NCBI GenBank assembly: GCA_963726255.1
Contig: CAVSBL010000002.1
Span: forward strand, 1,920,001-1,984,000
Origin: Candidatus Bathyarchaeota archaeon
GTDB taxonomy: Archaea; Thermoproteota; Bathyarchaeia; 40CM-2-53-6
DNA: 64,000 nt
Direction of reading: 5' to 3'
The notes beneath the pieces were generated by a model. That model was not told where the DNA came from. It did not search any database and saw only the letters and a program-made list of their open reading frames with translations. Position 1 is the first letter of the stretch, and each line of letters opens with the position of its first letter. This document shows positions 57,008-64,000 of the stretch, one piece after another. Made by a program: the position numbers and the translations under genes.

Positions 57008-57083
57008 TAGATTGGAGAACCTTGCTTGTCGAATCCAAATCGGAGAATACCGGACGGCTGGACAATCCCTTTTCGTGTTCTTC

Positions 57084-57668
57084 TCAGTTGTTATGTGTGA
57101 AGATGTTGGTTACAGGTTTATGCCTCGGGTAGGGTGGAAGAAGGGCTGGGAATGTATCCGGCTTGCCTTTCAGGGTTAGCGATGCCCTCACGGCACTTTC
57201 TATTCGGCCACCAATGATACGCTCCACAGTTTTCGTTAATCGTTCCTGCCAGTCTGGCATATATGCGGAGAGCAGGTTCTTGAAGAGCTTGTTGTGTCGC
57301 CGCACCTTTAAGTGAAGAAGCTCGTGACAGATCACATATTCTACGAACTGCTTGGGCATGTTCAGAAGCTTTTCATTCAACGTAATGTTCCGCGACGGCG
57401 AGCAGGAAGCCCACTTGTTTCTTAGTCTTCTTACCTGAACGTTCCCAGTTTTGACGCCAAGCTTGTTTTTCCACGACTGAACCATTTGTCGGATTTCTCG
57501 GTTGGTCAGGCAACCGGTTAGGCCGTTTGTGTTGGTTTCCGAGACGGCTGACTCCAGGAGCTCTCTTGATTCCGCGGTCAAGGATTCAGGGAGAGCTATT
57601 GTCAGCACCTCAGGTGATAAGTAGTAACCGATTGAGTTTCGGGTTTCTTTCCTGAGCCTAATCTTCAT
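57084..57668 (-). CDS. M48/YgjP (DUF45)-family metallopeptidase-like protein
   Basis: KWASCS, YVICHELLHL, HN..F, YMPDW; ATGA overlap with hsdR. Confidence 0.88.
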   Translation of the reverse strand: MKIRLRKETRNSIGYYLSPEVLTIALPESLTAESRELLESAVSETNTNGLTGCLTNREIRQMVQSWKNKLGVKTGNVQVRRLRNKWASCSPSRNITLNEKLLNMPKQFVEYVICHELLHLKVRRHNKLFKNLLSAYMPDWQERLTKTVERIIGGRIESAVRASLTLKGKPDTFPALLPPYPRHKPVTNIFTHNN

Positions 57669-60553
57669 GGCCCGATCATCCTCCTGTGAACGTCGAGAAT
57701 TGAGTTGACTACTTCCGGGAGTTTTTCCGGTGAAGCCTTCCCAAGCAATAGCTTGTAGACTCGCATTCTCACGTCCATCTCCTTCTTCTTGTCCAAGGGC
57801 CAAGTCTTGTTGCTTTCAAGGAGCTTGAAGATTTGTCGTGACAAGGCTGTGATGTCATTTGGGATTTTGTATTCTCTGAGCGACCAGAACACGCCGTATT
57901 CCCCTGTGCTTAGCTTCAGCTGAATCCTTTCTGCTTCGGACTTTGCAATTCTGTCGGCGATCTCTAGAAGATGATTGAGAGCCTCTTTACTTTCGATTTG
58001 TCTTTCTTCGAATTTCCTGATTACCTGCTCAGCTATGACTCCGATCGAAAACAGATAAGGCTCTCGCTTCGCTCCAGTCTGGACGTGTATCACTATGCTT
58101 CTGTAGAGGTTCACAACCTTGGCTTTTTCAGGGATTCTTTCACCCTGAAGTTTCTCAACGACTTTGTCATCAATCCTGTAGGCCGGGAGGCTTGCAATTG
58201 CTGACTGCAGATCGACGTGCTTCCTAATCAGTTCCTTAGTCTTGTTTCTTAGGTCTCTGTAGAGATCCGCCTCTTTCGGTCGGAACATATTCTGGATTAT
58301 CTTGTATAGCTCGCCGAGCGCTGCATAGTCCTCAATGTAATCACGCAAAAACACGTCAGGAGAGAGAATTTCGAACAGCGCTTCAATTTGCTTGAACAGC
58401 TTCGAGAACTTCTCTCTTTCCTTCGGATCAACGAATCTCTCTGCAATTGCACCGAGCGTCTTGTCGTCAATGCCCCCTTTTATGAGCGCTAGGTAATCGC
58501 GTCCTTGCTTCATTAGTTCGACGAATCTCTCTTTGAGCACGGTGAGGTCTGTGAGAGCGCCTTCGACAGTCTCTGAGTCAAAGCTAAGTGCTCTTTTGAG
58601 GTCTTCGAGGACTCCGACAAAATCTACTATCAGACCCGCCGATTTCTTTTGGCCCGCTTCGTCATCCAATGGCCTGTTTACTCTTGCTATCGCTTGGAGA
58701 AGTGTGTGGTCCTTGAATGGCTTGTCCAGATACATGCAGTAGAGAATCGGTGCGTCAAAACCCGTAAGCAGCTTTTGAGTTACTATGAGAATCTTGGGAA
58801 GCTTGTCTGCAGACTTGAAGCTGGTTCTGACGTTTTCCTCCTGCTCCTCGGACAGGTGAAAGGTCTTGAGTAACTGTGAATCCCTCTGGTCCGGGGTGAA
58901 GACGACGGCAGAACAATCCGGCGGAAGATACTTGTCCAGCGCACGCTTGTAGAGCGCACAGCCCTCTCTGTCAACGGCGACGATGAAGGCTTTCAATCCC
59001 AACGGTTCTACGTATTGCCTGAAATGGTTAGCCATGAACTTCGCAACTTTGTCGACCCTGTCTTCCGACTTGAGAAAGTTCTTGAGCTTGACTGCTCTGT
59101 CAAGCACCTTGTCAAGTTCTTCGATGCTTGCGATGCCTTCCTTTTCAACAAGCGCGAAGAACTCTTTTTCGAGCAGTTCCTTGTCGACGCGCATGTCTTG
59201 AGGCGCTAATGCGTAATAGAGCGGCACTGTCGTGCGGTCTTGTATCGATTCCCTGATGGAATATTTGTCCAAATATCCTTGCGGGTCATGCTTGCCGAAC
59301 ACAACAAAGGTTCCTTTGCCGATGTTGCTTCTGTCGATCGGCGTTCCCGTGAAACCGAAATAGGAGGCACGAGGCATCGCTGCACGCATGTAAGTTCCTA
59401 GATTGCCTTCCTGAGACCGGTGCGCCTCGTCGACCAGTACGATTATGTTCTTTCGGGTGTTGATGTCTTTCTCGATGCCTTCGAATTTCTGTATCGTTGT
59501 TACAATCAGTCCTCTGTAGTCGCTCTTGAGCAAGTCGCTGAGATGTTCCTTGTTGTCGGCCAGTTTACAGTTTGGAAAACCGAACGAGACCAGGTTCTTC
59601 CACATTTGGCTCTCTAGTTCGGTCCTATCAATGACCACCAGGATGGTTGGCTTCTCAAGGGAACTCTGCTTTCTGAGCCTGTGCGCCGCCACAATCATGG
59701 TAAATGTCTTGCCTGAACCCTGAGTATGCCAAACGAGGCCTGAGTCAAGTCCCTCAGAAATCACGCGGCTGACTATTTTCTCAACAGCTCTCATCTGATG
59801 TTGATCGAGCACGAATTTGTAGAGCTCTTCATCCTTCGTGAAGAAGAAAGTATAGTCCTCTAGCAATCGAAGAATCCTGGATTTGTCGAAGAAGTCTTTG
59901 ACAAGGTTCTCTAGGTTTACATCATCGCCGAGTTTCCATTTGTGAATGTTCCTCTCATCCAGATTCCAAGTAGGTCCAAACTTAAGTTGAATCCCATCGC
60001 TCAAGGCGAAAAGCTGGACTACTTTCATGAGGTCAGGAATTTCCTCGTGATATCGTTGGACCTGTGCCTTCGCTTCCCTAATGGGATCCGAAACAGCAGG
60101 TGACTTCGTTTCGATGAGTGTCAGAGGGATGCCGTTGACGAAAAGTGTGATGTCGGCGCGGTCTGTCTCTATGTCAGAGAACTCAAATTCCTTTGTAGCA
60201 TGGAAATCGTTGTTCTCAGGATGGTCGAAATCGATGAGTTTGATGTTGAGTTCCCTTCTTTCCTTCTCGATATAAATCGTCTTCTCTCCTCGAAGATACT
60301 GCAGGAATTCCTGGTTGCCCCCAAGATTCGCGCGTACATTCTTCAGCTTCTTGACGACTTCGTCAACCTGCTCGTCTGTAGTTATGACGCCCTTGTTGAG
60401 TTCCTTGATCTTCTGACTCAATATAGGCAGGAGAAAGTGTTCGGTGATATTGTCGCGGAGTTCGAGGCACCTGTCTGGCTCTAAGTATTTCCAACCTATC
60501 TCGTCTAGGTACTTAATGATTGGATCCCGTACGGCTTTGAATTCAAGAGGCAT
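57665..60553 (-). CDS. hsdR: Type I restriction enzyme R subunit
   Basis: RADITLFVNGIPL.LIETK, WHTQGSGKT, VDEAHRS, FTGTP, LLTGFDAP, QAIARVNR. Confidence 0.96.
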   Translation of the reverse strand: MPLEFKAVRDPIIKYLDEIGWKYLEPDRCLELRDNITEHFLLPILSQKIKELNKGVITTDEQVDEVVKKLKNVRANLGGNQEFLQYLRGEKTIYIEKERRELNIKLIDFDHPENNDFHATKEFEFSDIETDRADITLFVNGIPLTLIETKSPAVSDPIREAKAQVQRYHEEIPDLMKVVQLFALSDGIQLKFGPTWNLDERNIHKWKLGDDVNLENLVKDFFDKSRILRLLEDYTFFFTKDEELYKFVLDQHQMRAVEKIVSRVISEGLDSGLVWHTQGSGKTFTMIVAAHRLRKQSSLEKPTILVVIDRTELESQMWKNLVSFGFPNCKLADNKEHLSDLLKSDYRGLIVTTIQKFEGIEKDINTRKNIIVLVDEAHRSQEGNLGTYMRAAMPRASYFGFTGTPIDRSNIGKGTFVVFGKHDPQGYLDKYSIRESIQDRTTVPLYYALAPQDMRVDKELLEKEFFALVEKEGIASIEELDKVLDRAVKLKNFLKSEDRVDKVAKFMANHFRQYVEPLGLKAFIVAVDREGCALYKRALDKYLPPDCSAVVFTPDQRDSQLLKTFHLSEEQEENVRTSFKSADKLPKILIVTQKLLTGFDAPILYCMYLDKPFKDHTLLQAIARVNRPLDDEAGQKKSAGLIVDFVGVLEDLKRALSFDSETVEGALTDLTVLKERFVELMKQGRDYLALIKGGIDDKTLGAIAERFVDPKEREKFSKLFKQIEALFEILSPDVFLRDYIEDYAALGELYKIIQNMFRPKEADLYRDLRNKTKELIRKHVDLQSAIASLPAYRIDDKVVEKLQGERIPEKAKVVNLYRSIVIHVQTGAKREPYLFSIGVIAEQVIRKFEERQIESKEALNHLLEIADRIAKSEAERIQLKLSTGEYGVFWSLREYKIPNDITALSRQIFKLLESNKTWPLDKKKEMDVRMRVYKLLLGKASPEKLPEVVNSILDVHRRMIGP

Positions 60554-61877
60554 ACTGAGCCCCCAAATCAAAATCCTTGAGTCGAATTATCCCAATCGCA
60601 AGCTTCCGGAGCATCGTGTTGAACAGTTGCTGAAGAATGCTTTTCCGGTTTTCTTCAACCTTGATTTTTCTGTCTAGAGACATCAACAAGTTAACTATTT
60701 CCTGTTGCTCGGGGATTGGCGGCAATGGAATCTGAAAGGTCCTTAGTCTTGTGGCGCTGATATTTGATTGACCGACTGCCCTGCTTGCGAGACCCTTGAG
60801 TCTTCGTTGGCTATTGGCCCAGTTCAGATAGTAGTTTACAAACTGTGGAAGGACTTGCTTTGGGTCGGTTTGTAGTCTTATCAGATAGGATGCGAAAACG
60901 AGCTCGCCTTCAAGGTCGAAAAACGATGTCTTCCCAACCAAATCAATGCTGTTCGTTCTATTGAACAATAGATCGCCTTTCTTCAACCGAAATCGGCGAA
61001 ATGTTTCCTCATCAAGATCTACATATTGCACATCGTCTAGCACCAAATCTCCATCTTCGAGGTTGTTCATCCGAAGTATAGGATACTGGCCTTCTTTACT
61101 TCCCTTCAAGGATAGACCATATTGAGCGACGGTAAGGACTTCGCTCAGAGTTGTAGGTTTCCATTTCTCAGGTACCGCGCCAATTTCTCCCCCTTCTTTG
61201 TACTTGGTAGGGTAAACGCCGCTAGTCAATAGCTTGTGCATAAGCGATTTCTTCAGATTTCTGATGGCCAGGAGCAATAGATCTTGCTTGTATACTGCCT
61301 GCTGGATCTTGGAAAGGACAAGAGAGATACTTTGTTGCTCATGAAGAGGCGGTTTCGGCAACACAAACGACTGAAGCCTACCCTGCGAGAGGTTAGGTAT
61401 TGTTGTCTTGATCCCTTCACCTGCATAGAGTCCGAGTTGAAGAAAAGCAGTCTGCATCCAGTACATGTAATATTCTGGACAAATGTCATCCCTCCGCTTG
61501 CGCAGACGATGAATGTGGTTCTGATGGGCACAGACTTCTAACTCGCCCCTCCAGATCGCCGTTCGACCAACTTCGCCCCCTTCGCAAACAAGAATGTCAT
61601 TTGGCTCAAGCCGTAATCTCGAAAGTTCCTGAGCAGTAAAATGCATATGATCCAGTGTTGAGAGGTCAATGCGGCCCCAAAGGACGTTCAGCGTGCGAAG
61701 AAAGGGATACTGCGGTTGTCTTGCGCGGCCCGCTGGCGACATAGCTTTTCCTTGTTGAATGTCAAATGCGTCGCCGAGCGCAACAGTTTCCCAATCTTCC
61801 GGTATTGGGCCGACTTCGCTATCCTTTACTCCCTCTGTTCTAGCTGCCAGAACTTCCATGCTCAATGTAACCTCCAT
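60543..61877 (-). CDS. hsdS: Type I restriction-modification specificity subunit
   Basis: Two TRDs with IPEDW/VPEKW and PPLHEQQ/PPIPEQQ conserved blocks. Confidence 0.94.
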   Translation of the reverse strand: MEVTLSMEVLAARTEGVKDSEVGPIPEDWETVALGDAFDIQQGKAMSPAGRARQPQYPFLRTLNVLWGRIDLSTLDHMHFTAQELSRLRLEPNDILVCEGGEVGRTAIWRGELEVCAHQNHIHRLRKRRDDICPEYYMYWMQTAFLQLGLYAGEGIKTTIPNLSQGRLQSFVLPKPPLHEQQSISLVLSKIQQAVYKQDLLLLAIRNLKKSLMHKLLTSGVYPTKYKEGGEIGAVPEKWKPTTLSEVLTVAQYGLSLKGSKEGQYPILRMNNLEDGDLVLDDVQYVDLDEETFRRFRLKKGDLLFNRTNSIDLVGKTSFFDLEGELVFASYLIRLQTDPKQVLPQFVNYYLNWANSQRRLKGLASRAVGQSNISATRLRTFQIPLPPIPEQQEIVNLLMSLDRKIKVEENRKSILQQLFNTMLRKLAIGIIRLKDFDLGAQYAS

Positions 61878-63408
61878 AATTCATCTTTCGAAGAATCGAA
61901 TCCAACTCAACATCAATCTCCCTTCTCTCTTCTTCGGCTTGAGTGAGCTCGGCGATGGCCTCGTCTATCGGGAGATACTCCTCTTCGCTGTCAACTGCAA
62001 CGTACTTAGCAGGCCCCAGATTGTAATCATTCTTGGTGGCCTGTTCGTTAGTGATGACTTTGCTGATTTTTTCCATGTCTTTCCAATTCGCGAAAACGTC
62101 CAGGATTCTATCGATGCATTTGCCAGTAAGATAGTTCTTAGGTCCTTCCTTGATGAACTCTTTAGAAGCATTGACCAGTAGAATCTGACCCTTGTGTTTC
62201 TTGGCTTTGTTAATGACTACAATGTTTCCTGGAGCGGTCGTGTTATAGAACAGGTTCTCGGGGAGGAGTATGACGGCCTCCAGGAAATCCTTGTCCACGA
62301 ATTCCTTTCTGATTTGCTTCTCCTTGTCAGTTCCGGCTTTTCCACTGCCTCTTGACACTGTTCCCGTATCTATGACTACAACAAGTCTGCCGCCATCTTC
62401 AAGAGAGGCGAACATGTGTTGGATCCACCCCCAGTCTGCAGAGCTCTTGGGTGGCATGCCGAAAAGGAACCTGTTATAGGAGTCGCTCTTGTAGAAATCA
62501 TCATCATAACCAGGTTGCCTCCACATGGGATTTGCAGTAACCTTGTGGAATGTCTTGAGAGCATTTTCGTGCAAGAATTTTGGATTCTTCAGCGTGTCGC
62601 CGACTCTTATCTCTCCCTCCATATCGTGAATGAACATGTTCATCCTTGCCATGGCATATGTTACAGGATTGAGCTCTTGACCGAAGAGACGCAAGGGTAC
62701 CTTCTCGGAACCGTTCCTCTCTTTGAGAACTAGCTGACATTTTATGAGCAGCCCTCCAGACCCGCATGCGGGGTCGTAAATCTCCTCGCCTTCCTTTGGA
62801 TCTGCAAGATGGGCCATCAGCCAGCCCACTTCTTTCGGCGTGTAGAACTCTCCGGCGCTTGAACCGGAACCCTCCGCAAATTTTCTCAAGAGATACTCGT
62901 AGGCCCTACCAAGTATGTCGGGCTCGACATCTTTCAGTCCCAACCTGTGGCGATTCAGGATTTCGATTAAGCTGCTTATTCTTCCGTCATCGAGAATTCT
63001 TTCCCCGCTGATTGTAGCATTGAAGTCTACGACATCGACGACGCCTTGTAGTTTGGGATTCTCCTTTGCGATTAGGCGCAGGGTCTTGCTGAGTTCCTCG
63101 CCGATGTTCTGCGTGAGCTTTCTGATGTCACGCCAAGTACAATTCGGGGGGAGGTAGAATCGTATGAGATTCCTGTCGTTTTCAATCAGTTCTCTAACGG
63201 CATTCTCGTCTCCAAGTTCAGTTTTGAGTCCACTGATTTCGTCCTCAAACACATCCGACAATCTCTTGAAAAACAGCAGCGGCAGAATGTAATCCTTGAA
63301 TTTAGGGGCATCCACCGGTCCCCTGATACTGCAGGCTGCATCCCACAACCACTGCTCCAGTTCTCGCAGGTTTAGCTTACCAACAGCCAGTTTTTCTTGC
63401 ATGCTCAT
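61840..63408 (-). CDS. hsdM: Type I restriction-modification methyltransferase subunit
   Basis: LWDAAC..RG, GEFYTP, YDPACGSGG, motif IV variant NPMW, LFYNT. Confidence 0.95.
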   Translation of the reverse strand: MSMQEKLAVGKLNLRELEQWLWDAACSIRGPVDAPKFKDYILPLLFFKRLSDVFEDEISGLKTELGDENAVRELIENDRNLIRFYLPPNCTWRDIRKLTQNIGEELSKTLRLIAKENPKLQGVVDVVDFNATISGERILDDGRISSLIEILNRHRLGLKDVEPDILGRAYEYLLRKFAEGSGSSAGEFYTPKEVGWLMAHLADPKEGEEIYDPACGSGGLLIKCQLVLKERNGSEKVPLRLFGQELNPVTYAMARMNMFIHDMEGEIRVGDTLKNPKFLHENALKTFHKVTANPMWRQPGYDDDFYKSDSYNRFLFGMPPKSSADWGWIQHMFASLEDGGRLVVVIDTGTVSRGSGKAGTDKEKQIRKEFVDKDFLEAVILLPENLFYNTTAPGNIVVINKAKKHKGQILLVNASKEFIKEGPKNYLTGKCIDRILDVFANWKDMEKISKVITNEQATKNDYNLGPAKYVAVDSEEEYLPIDEAIAELTQAEEERREIDVELDSILRKMNYGGYIEHGSSGS

Positions 63409-63601
63409 TGCAACATTCCCTCTTGTTTCAAGACCTTAGAAAATACACTGTTCACAAAATGTCCACAAGACTCTACACGGTTCCTCTTGGCCTCGCAAGT
63501 CATACTTACTATTTTCCCACGATGTCTCAAAAAGCTTGGCGGTACTTCTATTGTTCTAGACGAACGGACGATGATATTGTGCATGCAGAAGCAACGCCGC
63601 C

Positions 63602-64000
63602 TCATTCCAGCGCTGCACTCGCTACAGTGCCAGTTACATCTGTAAGCTTCAGTTCGAAATCCCTGGTAACATCGTCGGCGCCACTGAGTGCATGAGATGC
63701 TTCGTGCAATAGCGTCCCAGCATACTTGTCGAGAGAGCGGAGAGCGCTTCGCTTGACGATAATTCTGCCACTTCCAGCCTCCCATAACCCATCGTCTTCA
63801 ACAAACGACCCTAGCTTCTTCCTCATCGTCTCCGAAACCTTGATCTCCTTGACAATTCTTGGCTTGCCGCCAATGAGTCTGAGAATTTCGTCAGTCTTGT
63901 CAAACACTTTTCTCTCTGATTCCTTCAACTCTCTGGGATTTACAAACTTGAATTGGAAACTTTCGTGGTATTCGGTCACGAACTGGCCCAGGTCTCTAAT
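63602..64000 (-). CDS. C-terminal part of a larger protein with an HExxH zincin-like motif (5' end outside the window)
   Basis: Frame is open to base 64000; YAGTLLHEASHALSGADD. Confidence 0.7.
   Translation of the reverse strand: MRDLGQFVTEYHESFQFKFVNPRELKESERKVFDKTDEILRLIGGKPRIVKEIKVSETMRKKLGSFVEDDGLWEAGSGRIIVKRSALRSLDKYAGTLLHEASHALSGADDVTRDFELKLTDVTGTVASAALE

Larger units (their letters stand above)
47886..64000. mobile_element. Integrated mobile element/genomic island; right end outside the window
   Basis: att-like site followed by a tyrosine integrase, orphan ORFs, DNA methylase, VirD4/HerA-like ATPase and type I R-M; no housekeeping genes. Confidence 0.8.

Noticed and set aside
60543-61877. 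Phase-variable/shufflon hsdS
   Set aside because: Single hsdS; no extra TRDs, flanking inverted repeats or simple-sequence tracts seen
63405-63785. 126-aa minus-strand ORF upstream of hsdM
   Set aside because: Overlaps the better-supported HExxH frame and has atypical composition

Overview
Archaeal chromosomal segment. Bathyarchaeia-like or TACK affiliation is inferred from the CFI-box-CTERM surface protein, a multi-intron tRNA, NreA, RibK/RibL, Dph5, PsmB and a group 4 hydrogenase. Bases 1-47 kb hold housekeeping and metabolic genes: surface proteins, a SAM-decarboxylase-like gene, a sugar-acid dehydratase, two F420-dependent LLM oxidoreductases, an ABC exporter, an 11-gene complex-I-like membrane-bound [NiFe]-hydrogenase operon, nucleic-acid repair genes, a ComA/PrpD pair, flavin cofactor genes, several unannotated zinc-finger microproteins and a tRNA-Lys(CTT) with three BHB introns. 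From about 47.26 kb lies an integrated mobile element. Two tRNA-derived att-like sites bracket a RelBE module whose toxin has no start codon. These are followed by an atypical tyrosine integrase and a small convergent gene encoding a free copy of the integrase C-terminal domain. Further along are paired palindromes, a 54-bp duplicated promoter flanking a Dam-like methylase, a membrane VirD4/HerA-like ATPase fused to a PD-(D/E)XK domain, and a type I R-M system with an M48 peptidase. The element runs off the right edge. All calls were made by eye from motifs; no searches were run.
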